Assembly: GCA_041671225.1 (NCBI GenBank)
Contig: JBAZBY010000001.1
Span: 238,940-302,939, forward strand
Length of the DNA: 64,000 bases
Source: Patescibacteria group bacterium
GTDB taxonomy: Bacteria > Patescibacteriota > Patescibacteriia > JBAZBY01
Reading direction: 5' to 3'
Position numbers and translations under genes: made by a program. Positions 20,862 to 31,071 of the stretch are shown in pieces. How positions within the stretch are numbered: position 1 is the first letter of the stretch; the number at the start of each line of letters is the position of its first letter. A model generated the notes under the pieces. That model worked only from the letters and a program-made list of their open reading frames with translations. It searched no databases and had not been told where the DNA came from.

Positions 20862-22697
20862 ATGTGCGGCATCATCGGATACACCGGGCCACAAAAAGCA
20901 ATGCCCATCCTCTTGGACGGCTTACATCGCATGGAATATCGGGGATATGACTCAGCGGGTATTGCGATCACAGAACCGGAAAGCGTCTTTCTAAAAAAGA
21001 AAGCCGGCAAACTTGCCGTTCTCAAAGAATCGCTCGCAGGAATCGATCACGCGGGAACCACGGGCATCGGCCATATTCGTTGGGCAACGCATGGCGAACC
21101 GAATGATGCCAACGCGCACCCGCAAACTGACGCCGATCATGAAATTTTTGTTGTACATAACGGTATTATTGAAAACTCCAAAGAACTCCGCGCGCAGTTA
21201 CAGGAATCCGGGCACGTCTTCACTTCGCAGACGGATACAGAAATATTTGCGCATCTCATCAAAGATGCATTAGGCGACAAACCGCTCGAACAGGCCGTGA
21301 TAAAGGCTTTGCAACACGTACGCGGCGCGTATGGCATTGCTGTTATCAGGCGCAGCGAACCGGAAAAAATCGTCGCTGCACGTTTTGGCAGCCCTCTCCT
21401 GCTCGGGGTTGTCGGTGAAGGGGAATATATCGTTGCATCAGATGTCACGGCGATACTGCGTCATACGAGAAAAGTGGTGTACTTGGAAGACAACGACGTG
21501 GTCACTCTCACGCCGGAACGATACATCATCACGCGCCGAAGCGGGGAACAAGTTTCCCGCGACACAGAGCATATTGACTGGGATATTGACGCGGCAGAAA
21601 AAGGCAACCATCCGCACTTCATGAAGAAGGAGATCTTCGAACAGCCGGCAACCGTGCAAATCAGCATGCAGGGTCGCATGCTTCCGGACGAAGGCGCCGC
21701 GCGCTTGGGCGGACTCACGGAAGTGCGCGACAAGTTACGAGATATCAAGCGACTCTCCATCATCGCCTGCGGCACCGCATACCATGCGGGGCTCGTTGGT
21801 GAATACATGATAGAAGAATACGCGCGCATCCCGGTTGATGTGACGCACGCATCAGAATTCCGCTACCGCCAATTACTGCCGGATCAGGGTACCGCCTACC
21901 TCGCCATTAGCCAATCCGGAGAAACCGCTGATACCATTGCCGCGCTCAAAGAAACAGAACGCCAGGGCGGGCTCATGCTCGGGTTGGTCAATGTGGTGGG
22001 TTCAACGATTGCACGAGAAACACATGCCGGCGTATATAATCATATCGGACCAGAAATTGCCGTGGCTTCAACAAAAGCTTTCACCTCGCAATTGACAGTG
22101 CTGGCGTTGCTCTCGCTCCTCCTGGGGAGAGACCGCGAACTTTCCATTGCGCAAGGCCAGCGCATTGTGAAAGAACTTTCCTTGCTGCCGGAAAAGATCG
22201 AGACCATCCTCAAAAATGAGAGTAAAAAAATTCAGGACATCGCAACCGCCATCGCGGAGAGCAAGGGGATCCTCTATCTCGGCAGAAAATATAACTACCC
22301 CATTGCGCTTGAGGGCGCACTGAAAATGAAAGAGATCGCTTATATCCATGCGGAGGGCTACCCTGCGGGGGAAATGAAGCATGGCCCGCTTGCGCTGATC
22401 GATGAAACCTTTCCGACCGTTGCTATTATTCCGCAGGACAGCGTATATGAAAAAAACCTTTCCAACCTTGAAGAAATCCGCGCTCGCAAAGGACCAATCA
22501 TCGCAATTGCCACGGAAGGCGATCGTCGTATCACAGAGATCGCTCAGCACGTCATCTTCGTCCCAAAGACGCTGGAAATGCTCACTCCCATCTTAAGCGT
22601 CATACCGCTGCAATTGCTGGCGTACGACGTGGGTGTGGCGCGCGGACGAGACATTGACCAACCGCGCAACCTTGCAAAAAGCGTTACCGTAGAATAA
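20862..22697 (+). CDS. glmS: Glutamine-fructose-6-phosphate aminotransferase
   Basis: N-terminal MCGIIG, EYRGYDSAG, GHIRWATHG, SQSGET, C-terminal PRNLAKSVTVE. Confidence 0.97.
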   Translation: MCGIIGYTGPQKAMPILLDGLHRMEYRGYDSAGIAITEPESVFLKKKAGKLAVLKESLAGIDHAGTTGIGHIRWATHGEPNDANAHPQTDADHEIFVVHNGIIENSKELRAQLQESGHVFTSQTDTEIFAHLIKDALGDKPLEQAVIKALQHVRGAYGIAVIRRSEPEKIVAARFGSPLLLGVVGEGEYIVASDVTAILRHTRKVVYLEDNDVVTLTPERYIITRRSGEQVSRDTEHIDWDIDAAEKGNHPHFMKKEIFEQPATVQISMQGRMLPDEGAARLGGLTEVRDKLRDIKRLSIIACGTAYHAGLVGEYMIEEYARIPVDVTHASEFRYRQLLPDQGTAYLAISQSGETADTIAALKETERQGGLMLGLVNVVGSTIARETHAGVYNHIGPEIAVASTKAFTSQLTVLALLSLLLGRDRELSIAQGQRIVKELSLLPEKIETILKNESKKIQDIATAIAESKGILYLGRKYNYPIALEGALKMKEIAYIHAEGYPAGEMKHGPLALIDETFPTVAIIPQDSVYEKNLSNLEEIRARKGPIIAIATEGDRRITEIAQHVIFVPKTLEMLTPILSVIPLQLLAYDVGVARGRDIDQPRNLAKSVTVE

Positions 22698-22700
22698 TCC

Positions 22701-23924
22701 ATGCCACAACACGCACTCTGTTTATTTGAAGACGATCAGGTCCACGGCCTGGAGCCGTTGCATTTCTTTCATGCGTCCTGGGATCTGCTTTGCGGAACGG
22801 GAACACTCGCGGAGCTCCTGCCAAAAGCCTACGACGCGGACAGCATTCTCTTTTCAGCGAGAAAAGAGCTGACTCCGCTCTATGCAGAGACACCATATCA
22901 ACTCACCAATGAGCTCCCGGCAGGATCATATCTCTTCATCAATGGCAGGGTCATGGATCCGTGGAGTCTTGCCGACATGATCCCTCGTGATGGTGGCAAG
23001 ATGCTCTATTATTCCGGTAACACACTTGTTGCCGCCCGTCTTGAAGTAAAAGAAACGATCTCCGAAGATCTTTATATGTTCCTTACCAGCCAACGCGGCA
23101 ATATCCCCACGCAGGACGTTACCGTACCGCTCGCAGCACACCTCTGGGATTACATGAAAGAAAATGGCAATCGCGTGACGCGGGATGCTGCAAAGCAGCC
23201 AAGAAACAATAGCGGGATCGTGCATGCAACCGCGGTACAGGAAAACCCTTCACAGATCTTCATTGAAAAAGGGAGCATCATTGGCCCGCTTGTGGTGCTG
23301 GACGCAACAGAAGGCCCGATCATCATTGAATCCGGCGCCCGCATCGGCGCGCAGAGTGTGCTCTTGGGTCCTGTATACATCGGTCAGGATGTGATAGTAA
23401 ACCCACATTCGCTCATCCGGAAAACAAGCATAGGCCGCACATGCAAAGTCGGCGGAGAGATCGCAGAAACCATCATGATGCCATTTTCCAATAAGCAGCA
23501 TGACGGCCACCTTGGCGATGCCTATATCGGCTCATGGGTGAACCTTGGCGCAGGGACAACGAACAGCAACCTAAAAAACACCTATAGCACCGTTAACGTC
23601 GAAATCCACGGGAAAAAAATTGATACTGGGTTGCAATTCGCCGGCTGTTTTCTCGGAGATCATGTAAAGACCGGCATAGGAACATTGCTGCCCACGGGAA
23701 CGGTCATTGGTCCGCTCACCAGTATCTTTGGCGGAGGCAGCGTGCCAAAAACACTCCCCGCACTCCGCTGGTTTGATGTCCACACCGGAAAAAATACCCC
23801 CTATGATATGGAAAAGGCTCTTGTCACCATAGAACACACCATGGCGAGGAGAAGCCAGACACTCACAGATGGTATTCGCAGCTATATCAGGACATTTGGG
23901 ACATCTGAGGGTACAAAAAAATAA
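22701..23924 (+). CDS. GlmU-related sugar nucleotidyltransferase/acetyltransferase with hexapeptide repeats
   Basis: CKVGGEI, SNKQHDGHLG, WVNLGAGTTNSNLKNTY, GDHVKTGIG. Confidence 0.85.
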   Translation: MPQHALCLFEDDQVHGLEPLHFFHASWDLLCGTGTLAELLPKAYDADSILFSARKELTPLYAETPYQLTNELPAGSYLFINGRVMDPWSLADMIPRDGGKMLYYSGNTLVAARLEVKETISEDLYMFLTSQRGNIPTQDVTVPLAAHLWDYMKENGNRVTRDAAKQPRNNSGIVHATAVQENPSQIFIEKGSIIGPLVVLDATEGPIIIESGARIGAQSVLLGPVYIGQDVIVNPHSLIRKTSIGRTCKVGGEIAETIMMPFSNKQHDGHLGDAYIGSWVNLGAGTTNSNLKNTYSTVNVEIHGKKIDTGLQFAGCFLGDHVKTGIGTLLPTGTVIGPLTSIFGGGSVPKTLPALRWFDVHTGKNTPYDMEKALVTIEHTMARRSQTLTDGIRSYIRTFGTSEGTKK

Positions 23925-23979
23925 AGAGGAAGTGTCAGACATTTCTTGACAAATACCCTGCAGGGCGTAGGATAGCGGG

Positions 23980-24726
23980 GTGAATTACCAAACACTTATC
24001 CAACAATTCGGCCTTTCAGAAAAGACCGCACGAGTATACCTCGCGCTTCTTGAACGTGGACCATCTTCCATACGTCAGGTTGCGGAGGCATCAGGGATCA
24101 ATCGCCAGACAACACATGAACTCCTCCGACAGCTAACAGATAAAGGTCTGGTGACCTTTTATCAGGAACGCTCGCGAGAAGCATTTCTTGCTGAAGACCC
24201 CTCAACGCTCATGCATATTGCGAACGAAGAAGTAAAAAAACTCGAACAATCGCGCGATGATCTTGCGCAGGCGCTCCCTCAATTAAAAGCACTCCGTGAA
24301 CGTGCGCGTGGGCTTGCAACGGTACATTTTTACGCCAATCTCAAAGGCGTTCGCACCGTCCTTGAGGATGTGCTCGCAACCAGCGAACAAACAAAGAACC
24401 AACTCTACCGTGTCTACTCCTCGGCAATCATTGCACCATTCCTCTACGAAGCATATCCGAACTTCACAAAAGATCGCATTCATCGCAAGGTAAACGTCCG
24501 CGTAATGAGTCTTGGAGGTAAGGGGAAACCACGCGGGCTCGACGAACGCAAGCAGCTCACAGAAAACACCGCCTCGCCATCATATATTTTCATCTATGGC
24601 CCAAAAGTGGCCATGATTTCTCTTGATGAGCACCGACGCCCACGCACCGTTCTCATTGAAGACAGAGCAATCGCAGAATCGCTCGCGCTCATTTTTGATA
24701 CCGAGTGGAAAAATCTCAAAGAATAA
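23980..24726 (+). CDS. TrmB-family transcriptional regulator
   Basis: GLSEKTARVYLALL winged HTH and C-terminal IYGPKVAMIS. Promoter TTGACA-16-TAGGAT. Confidence 0.88.
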   Translation: MNYQTLIQQFGLSEKTARVYLALLERGPSSIRQVAEASGINRQTTHELLRQLTDKGLVTFYQERSREAFLAEDPSTLMHIANEEVKKLEQSRDDLAQALPQLKALRERARGLATVHFYANLKGVRTVLEDVLATSEQTKNQLYRVYSSAIIAPFLYEAYPNFTKDRIHRKVNVRVMSLGGKGKPRGLDERKQLTENTASPSYIFIYGPKVAMISLDEHRRPRTVLIEDRAIAESLALIFDTEWKNLKE

Positions 24727-24773
24727 AGGTCACGCCTTAGGTGTCACCTCAAAAAAATACAACGGGTACGCGC

Positions 24774-26117
24774 CTATGCTCCGATGACGCGGTGTGCTTC
24801 TGCTATCAACATCTGCGCGCGCTTTTTTTCTGAAGCTTCAGCAATATAACGAATAATAGGTTCGGTGCCAGAAGGGCGTATGTGTATCCATTCGCCGTCT
24901 TTTGAAAAACGCACTCCGTCTTCAGTGTTTCTCGTGTACCCAGCAAAGGCAGTCGTAAGTGCATCAAGAAACGGCGCAATGGCAAAGCCTTCCGGCGCTG
25001 GTGTGCGCTCTTTGATCATCTCAAGCTGCGGAAGCTCCTGTGCCAATTGCGAAAGCGGTTTGCCAGTCTCTGTCATAAGGGCAAGGATCAATGCAACACC
25101 CAATGGTGCATCACGTCCCGCATGCACTTCCGGAAGAATCACTCCACCGTGTCCTTCTCCACCAATAGAAGCCTTTTCTGCTAACATGCGCCCAACCACA
25201 TTTGCTTCACCAACCGGCGTACGAAACAACGGCACCTTGTAGTCAGCTGCTACCGCCTCGATCATCGCCGAGGTAGAAAGGTTCGTCACAACCGCGCCAG
25301 GGCGATGCGCGAGCACAAAGCGAGCAGCAAGTGCGAGCGTCATTTCCTCACCAAGTGGTGTACCATTTTCATCAAGTAATGCGAGTCGATCCACATCAGG
25401 ATCAAACGCAAACCCCACATTATATGAACCACGCTGCATCTGTTCCTGCAGGGCTGTGAGATGTTCCGGTGTCGGTTCTGGATTATGTGGGAACGCACCC
25501 GTAGGCTCTTCATACAATATGTCAGCAGTACAACCGAGTTGTGCAAGCAATGTCTTGCCAATCGCACCCCCTGCGCCGTGTACCGCATCGAGGGCAACGC
25601 GAAATCCCTTCTGTTTGATAGCTTCTACGGGAAGGTAGGAAATCGCAAGAATATCTTGTATATGTACATCCAGCGCACCTTCTTGTTGTACTACCTCCCC
25701 ACCACCAGGACTGCTGTGCTCAGTCTCCTCTTTAGCCAAAGCATGAAAACGTTTTCCTTCTTCAGCGGAAAGAAAAAGACCTTGGGCATTAAGCAGCTTC
25801 AGCGCATTCCATTCGGCAGGGTTATGGCTTGCACTAATAATAATGCCACCGACCGCCTGAAGATGCTTAACCATAATCTCAACCGTTGGCGTAGGAACAA
25901 TCCCAATGTCATACACTTTTCTCCCTGCTGCAATAAGTTCTGCGCATACTGCCTCCTGTAACATGGGGCCGGACGTGCGTGAATCTCTACCAATAACAAT
26001 AGTGCCCTCGGGAAGAAACGCCGAAAAAGTACGTGCATACATTGCAGCAATTTCAGGCGTTAATGTCTCACCAACAATACCGCGGATACCGGCAACACTG
26101 ATCATGAGTCGTGACAT
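24774..26117 (-). CDS. Phosphohexomutase (phosphoglucosamine/phosphomannomutase family)
   Basis: GIRG, SASHNP, DPDVDR, GEGHGG, RPSGTEP. Start MSRLMISVAG. Confidence 0.92.
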   Translation of the reverse strand: MSRLMISVAGIRGIVGETLTPEIAAMYARTFSAFLPEGTIVIGRDSRTSGPMLQEAVCAELIAAGRKVYDIGIVPTPTVEIMVKHLQAVGGIIISASHNPAEWNALKLLNAQGLFLSAEEGKRFHALAKEETEHSSPGGGEVVQQEGALDVHIQDILAISYLPVEAIKQKGFRVALDAVHGAGGAIGKTLLAQLGCTADILYEEPTGAFPHNPEPTPEHLTALQEQMQRGSYNVGFAFDPDVDRLALLDENGTPLGEEMTLALAARFVLAHRPGAVVTNLSTSAMIEAVAADYKVPLFRTPVGEANVVGRMLAEKASIGGEGHGGVILPEVHAGRDAPLGVALILALMTETGKPLSQLAQELPQLEMIKERTPAPEGFAIAPFLDALTTAFAGYTRNTEDGVRFSKDGEWIHIRPSGTEPIIRYIAEASEKKRAQMLIAEAHRVIGA

Positions 26118-26210
26118 GCAAATATATTTACTATTCTTGCTCGTAGTATACAGGAGAATGACAAACGTAGTAACCTTCTCCAACAACGCGGTATCACCTA
26201 TACTGCCCAT

Positions 26211-27458
26211 ATGCGCATCATCACTGATCCACATATTCACTCACATTATTCCCGGGCGTGTTCAAGGGAGCTTACGCCAGAAAATTTGGCAACATGGGGA
26301 AAACGCAAGGGGATAGAGCTCATTGCAACAGGTGACTTTGTACATCCCGGTTGGCGCAAAGAGCTTGCGAGCACCCTGAAGGAAGAAGACGGCGGTTTTC
26401 TTGTTCATCACGCGCATCCAGAAATAAAATTCTTCCTCTCTGTGGAGCTCTCGGTTATATATAGTGAAGGCGGTGCAACGCGGAGGCTGCATATCGTGAT
26501 CGCTATGCCAGACATGGCGACCGCGGAACGCCTCGCAAAGGCGCTCGCAGACCGCGGCATGAACATTACAGCAGACGGGCGACCTATTCTCGGCATGACC
26601 GCGCATGACCTCGCGGCGCTTGCACTAGAAACTTCTGCAAAGGCAATGATTATCCCGGCACACATCTGGACACCGTGGTTCGCGCTCTACGGCTCTAAAT
26701 CCGGATACAACTCCATCACGGAATGCTTCCGCGATCTCACTCCGCACATCACTGCGGTGGAAACGGGCCTTTCTTCCGACCCGCCCATGAATTGGCGCAT
26801 CGCCGAATTGGACGGCATAAGAATCGTTTCTTCATCTGACGCGCACTCGTGCGAGAACCTCGGACGCGAGGCAACCGTGCTGGAGTTGGAACACATGGAC
26901 TATGCCTCGCTTTTTGCGGCGCTCAAAAAACCGAACGAAAAGAACCACATCATTGAGACGATCGAATTCTATCCGGAAGAAGGAAAGTACCATTACGACG
27001 GCCACAGGGACTGCGCCGTACGGCTCACGCCGAAAGAAACGCAGAAGCAGAAGGGGATCTGCAAAGTGTGCGGCAAGCCGCTAACGGTGGGGGTACTGGC
27101 GCGCGTGGAGGAACTTGCAGACCGTCCGGAAGGATACAAAGATGCAGACCGGCCGGAATACAAAACGCTCATTCCTCTGCAAGAGATCATTGCGAACAGC
27201 CTTGGCCTGAGAAAGCAGTCAAAGAAAGTGCAGGCGGAATATATGGCGCTCACTGATCAAAAAAATGAATTCGACCTGTTGGTATATGCGCCGGAAGATG
27301 AAGTGAAAGCGATCGCAAACCCGCTCATCGCAGAAGGCATCCGCAAGATGCGGGCGGGAGAAGTACATATCGCCCCCGGCTATGACGGCGTGTTCGGCAC
27401 CATTGAACTATTCACCGAAGAAGAGCGCAAGGGGGCTGTGCAGCCACGCCTCTTGTGA
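26211..27458 (+). CDS. Endonuclease Q family protein (PHP domain plus zinc ribbon)
   Basis: DPHIHSHYSRA, PAHIWTPW, ETGLSSD, SDAHS, EEGKYHYDGHRDC, CKVC, PGYDG. Confidence 0.9.
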   Translation: MRIITDPHIHSHYSRACSRELTPENLATWGKRKGIELIATGDFVHPGWRKELASTLKEEDGGFLVHHAHPEIKFFLSVELSVIYSEGGATRRLHIVIAMPDMATAERLAKALADRGMNITADGRPILGMTAHDLAALALETSAKAMIIPAHIWTPWFALYGSKSGYNSITECFRDLTPHITAVETGLSSDPPMNWRIAELDGIRIVSSSDAHSCENLGREATVLELEHMDYASLFAALKKPNEKNHIIETIEFYPEEGKYHYDGHRDCAVRLTPKETQKQKGICKVCGKPLTVGVLARVEELADRPEGYKDADRPEYKTLIPLQEIIANSLGLRKQSKKVQAEYMALTDQKNEFDLLVYAPEDEVKAIANPLIAEGIRKMRAGEVHIAPGYDGVFGTIELFTEEERKGAVQPRLL

Positions 27459-27491
27459 GTTCTCAGTGCTTCTGCTATACACACAAAACGC

Positions 27492-27581
27492 GGAGAGGTG
27501 CCTGAGTGGTTGAAAGGGCCGCTCTCGAAAAGCGGTAGGCCTTCACGGGCCTCGTGAGTTCGAATCTCACCCTCTCCGCCA
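27492..27581 (+). tRNA. tRNA-Ser(CGA)
   Basis: Acceptor GGAGAGG/CCTCTCC, anticodon arm CCGCT-CTCGAAA-AGCGG, long variable arm, discriminator G, encoded CCA. Confidence 0.97.
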
Positions 27582-27600
27582 ATTCATTTTTGATCACCGT

Positions 27601-28257
27601 ATGATGAAGGCCGTCATTTACGACATGGATGATCTGATGGTTAACTCGAATCCGTTACACGCAAAGGCGTGGGAGTTGCTGTTAAAACGATATGGCCATA
27701 GTTTCAAAGAATTGCCAGAAAGCATGCGATCGCGATTTATCGGAATGCGTATCACGGACATCCTGAATGAAATTGCCCAATATTTTCACCTTGATGAAGA
27801 TATAAATACCCTCTATAAGGCGCGCGCGGAGGTATTCCTCGAAATGGTAAAAAGGGAGCTGGACGCTATGCCCGGACTCATTGAATCCCTTACCCTTTTG
27901 AAGAAGCGATCATACCCGCTCGCGCTCGCTTCATCTGGAACCAGGGAATATATTCAGATCGTACTTACCCGCTTTCATATTGAAGACTACTTTGACGTCA
28001 TTATATCCGGAGATGATGTCGTAAGGGGTAAGCCAGATCCGGAAACATACCGTATTGCCGCACAAAAACTCAAGATCGATCCATCACATTGTATTGTATT
28101 GGAAGATGCGACAAATGGGATCACCTCCGCAAAAGCAGCGGGCTGCAAGTGTATCGCCGTTCGAAACCCATATACCCCGCAACAGGATCTCTCACGTGCA
28201 GATGCAATCATTGACTCGTTACGAGTACTATCACCTACCACACTGGAGTCAATATAA
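27601..28257 (+). CDS. HAD-family phosphatase (beta-PGM/CbbY-like)
   Basis: DMDD motif I, ASS, GKPDPE, LEDATNG. Confidence 0.9.
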   Translation: MMKAVIYDMDDLMVNSNPLHAKAWELLLKRYGHSFKELPESMRSRFIGMRITDILNEIAQYFHLDEDINTLYKARAEVFLEMVKRELDAMPGLIESLTLLKKRSYPLALASSGTREYIQIVLTRFHIEDYFDVIISGDDVVRGKPDPETYRIAAQKLKIDPSHCIVLEDATNGITSAKAAGCKCIAVRNPYTPQQDLSRADAIIDSLRVLSPTTLESI

Positions 28258-28297
28258 GTTTATTGCGCAATCCACCGCGCCCCGCATCCATACTTCC

Positions 28298-28313
28298 CAC
28301 CCTCTCCGCCAAT
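28298..28313 (+). repeat. Direct repeat of the tRNA-Ser 3' end (att-like)
   Basis: CACCCTCTCCGCCAAT is identical to 27568-27583. Confidence 0.8.
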
Positions 28314-28337
28314 AAAATATCAGATAAATAAACGCCT

Positions 28338-28643
28338 ATGCTCGACATCAGCAAACTTCAAAAAGAAATCTTTGAAAACAAAGTGGCAAAAGGTTTTAAT
28401 GTTACCGACGTTGGCTATGAATTCAGCTTAACCTATGGCGAGCTTGCGGAGGCCTTTGATGCATACCGCAAGAAGAAGCCGGACCTTGGCGAAGAGCTTG
28501 CAGATGTAGCGATTTACCTTCTCGGGCTTGCGGCAATGCTCAAGATCAATTTGGAAGATGAAATCGTGAAGAAGGTGGAGAAAAACAAAAAACGCGAATA
28601 CAAAACGATCAACGGCGTCCGCATGCGAACGAAGGGGGCATAA
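28338..28643 (+). CDS. MazG-like nucleotide pyrophosphohydrolase
   Basis: GELAEA...GEELADVAIYL all-alpha NTP-PPase motif. Confidence 0.85.
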   Translation: MLDISKLQKEIFENKVAKGFNVTDVGYEFSLTYGELAEAFDAYRKKKPDLGEELADVAIYLLGLAAMLKINLEDEIVKKVEKNKKREYKTINGVRMRTKGA

Positions 28644-28650
28644 GCGCCAT

Positions 28651-29208
28651 ATGGTGTGCATCGTTGATTGCGGGTCAGAATATATCGGGAAGCTCACAGA
28701 GCTCGTTTGCGGATTTGGCTATACATGCACAACCATTCCTGACACTGACATCGCCAATGCGGATATGTCGGGTTTTTCACATGTCATCATCTCTGGCGCT
28801 CCAACGATGCTCACGGAGATGGACACAAAAGAATATGTCAGCCGATTCTCCTTTATCAAAACTGCCCACATCCCGATCCTCGGCATCTGCAACGGCCATC
28901 AGGTGATGGGATTGCTCTTTGGCGCCACCATCTCGCGCGGGGATATGATCCACCGCATGGAGCCAATTTCCATTATTCAGAATGACCTGCTGTTTGCCGG
29001 CATCTCCGACAGGACGGCGTTCCAAGAAGAACACCGGGAATTCATCACATTGCCAGAGGGATTCACACTCCTTGCCAGCTCACCATCATGCAGCAACGAG
29101 GCTATGCGACATACCTCCAAACCCCTCTATGGCGTTCAATTCCATCCAGAGGCATCAGGACAACCAGGTAATACGGTGATCCGGAATTTCCTTACCACAA
29201 CTGAATAG
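28651..29208 (+). CDS. Class I glutamine amidotransferase (GMP synthase A-subunit-like)
   Basis: IVDCGSEY, LGICNGHQ, GVQFHPE. Confidence 0.88.
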   Translation: MVCIVDCGSEYIGKLTELVCGFGYTCTTIPDTDIANADMSGFSHVIISGAPTMLTEMDTKEYVSRFSFIKTAHIPILGICNGHQVMGLLFGATISRGDMIHRMEPISIIQNDLLFAGISDRTAFQEEHREFITLPEGFTLLASSPSCSNEAMRHTSKPLYGVQFHPEASGQPGNTVIRNFLTTTE

Positions 29209-29216
29209 TCTCAGTA

Positions 29217-29654
29217 ATGATTCACCATACTCCGCCGCCAAACTTCTCTCCCCGCTTCCATGTGGTGAGCTGTTTTGTGGAACATGAAGGAAAAATCCTC
29301 CTGCTGCTCCGTCAGCACGGAAAAAGCGCAGGAAATATTTGGGGCGCTCCGGGAGGAAAAATCGACGCGGGGGAAAAACCGAAACAAAGCATGCATCGCG
29401 AACTCAAGGAGGAAACCGGCATCATGATACCGCCGCAGGATTTTCAACACCGATACACCGTGTACGTCCGTTATCCTGACTACGATTTTGTTTACCATAT
29501 CTTTCAGGCTCGCATTCCGCAAAAACCGGCCATTGCTATCCGTACCGAGGAACACCAAGAATACCAGTGGCTCACGCCACAAGATGCGCTCACGCTCTCC
29601 TTGGTGCCCGATGAAGATGCGTGCATACGTCTTATCTATCAATCAGAACATTAG
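29217..29654 (+). CDS. Nudix hydrolase
   Basis: WGAPGGKIDAGEKPKQSMHRELKEETG. Confidence 0.88.
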   Translation: MIHHTPPPNFSPRFHVVSCFVEHEGKILLLLRQHGKSAGNIWGAPGGKIDAGEKPKQSMHRELKEETGIMIPPQDFQHRYTVYVRYPDYDFVYHIFQARIPQKPAIAIRTEEHQEYQWLTPQDALTLSLVPDEDACIRLIYQSEH

Positions 29655-29713
29655 AAGGTTACACGCGTAATAAATGGACGAAACGTCCATTTTTTGTTAT
29701 AATGAACAATACT

Positions 29714-30055
29714 ATGGAGGAAAACCAACCGCTCACGAGTGATAGTATCCAAGCAAAGGTCCTTGAGGGTGAAATAAACGAAGCGCAAGAACGGTTCATC
29801 ACGGCAGTAGAAGAATCACAGAATATAAAGGAAGTCACGACAACATACGAGCAGATCCTTTTTGCGCTTGCAAAGCAATTGCGAGCAGATCTAGAAGAAA
29901 TTGACCGTGAGCAAAGCGTCGATCTCAATGAAGACACCCTGAGTATTTTGGCTGCTGAAAAGCAAGAACGCATTGATGCATATAATAAAACTGTGGTTGC
30001 GCTTGCACAAACAGCTGATGACACCCTCCTTGCGCGCGGTCTAATAGAAAAATAG
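29714..30055 (+). CDS. Hypothetical acidic helical protein
   Basis: Open frame downstream of TATAAT (29698-29703), adjoining the next gene. Start uncertain (29702 or 29714). Confidence 0.65.
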   Translation: MEENQPLTSDSIQAKVLEGEINEAQERFITAVEESQNIKEVTTTYEQILFALAKQLRADLEEIDREQSVDLNEDTLSILAAEKQERIDAYNKTVVALAQTADDTLLARGLIEK

Positions 30056-31035
30056 TGGTAAAGGAAGGGGTTAAAAAATATCTCAAAGAAAACGGCGGGC
30101 GCATTGCCCAGTCAGCTTTTGATGGATACGCCGGCTCTGGCACAGAGGGTTTAAAAGGCGCACTCGGCAAAGAAGCCGGTCATGCTGGTAATGCTGCGAT
30201 GGGGGGTGCACGTGGTGCTATCCAAAAAAATGTAAGCGACTTCCAACGCGGTTCCGCAGAAAAACCTGGGGCAGAAAGAACGCGAAACATGATGAATCGA
30301 TTGCGACGTGCGCGCATGCTCGCACAAACAGAAGGAGCAAATCGCTCACCAGAAACAAATACCTCTACTGCAACACAAAACACAACGCAAGCTGGTATGT
30401 CAGCGGCTTTTCGCAATAGGCAGGCAGCCGACAGTGAAAATTCAGAGCCAGATCAGGATGAAGACGAAGAAACAGAAAATGAAAACATCAAGCTCGCAGA
30501 AGAAACAGCGCAGCGCACGTATAAGGCAGGCAAGGCGATTGCATCAGGGAATGGGGTCAAGGCCATAGCAACTGCACTGAATGAATCGATTCGTCTAGGA
30601 AACACTCTTCGCAAACGAATACAAGCCGGGAGTCTTTTTGCGATGTTCATTGCACTCCTTTTTTCAGCTGCACTCGATATCATAGATATTGTTGGCCTGG
30701 GACTGAGCGGATTTGTCACTTTTCTCATTAAGGTATTCATTGGCCTTGTGCTCATGATGAGCATGAACGGAACAGGAAGATTCATGCGTAAAGTGGCCCT
30801 ACGCTACGTCCTTATACCAATCATTCTTGAAATGATTCCATTGATAAATGTCTTACCAATTGAAACCTTCGCAACAGCCTGGGCAATGTCCGATTTTGAG
30901 AAACACCGGATGGAAACAAGAGAAAAACTCAAAAAAGTCGAAGAGGCGCAAAAGAAAATTCAATCACTTTATGGTAAAGTCATGAGTGAAGCGGCAAATG
31001 AAGAAAGCGAAGAACAGCTTCCTCAGGCGGCATAA
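30055..31035 (+). CDS. Hypothetical membrane protein
   Basis: Low-complexity N-half and a 3-TM C-half with an LEMIPLINVLP motif. Confidence 0.7.
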   Translation: MVKEGVKKYLKENGGRIAQSAFDGYAGSGTEGLKGALGKEAGHAGNAAMGGARGAIQKNVSDFQRGSAEKPGAERTRNMMNRLRRARMLAQTEGANRSPETNTSTATQNTTQAGMSAAFRNRQAADSENSEPDQDEDEETENENIKLAEETAQRTYKAGKAIASGNGVKAIATALNESIRLGNTLRKRIQAGSLFAMFIALLFSAALDIIDIVGLGLSGFVTFLIKVFIGLVLMMSMNGTGRFMRKVALRYVLIPIILEMIPLINVLPIETFATAWAMSDFEKHRMETREKLKKVEEAQKKIQSLYGKVMSEAANEESEEQLPQAA

Positions 31036-31071
31036 TCCTTCCTTCTATCAATTACCATCCATATTATCCCT

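Noticed and set aside
29223-29242. Possible third copy of the tRNA-Ser att repeat (CTCCGCCGCCAAA)
   Set aside because: Only a short partial match inside the Nudix coding sequence, compatible with chance.
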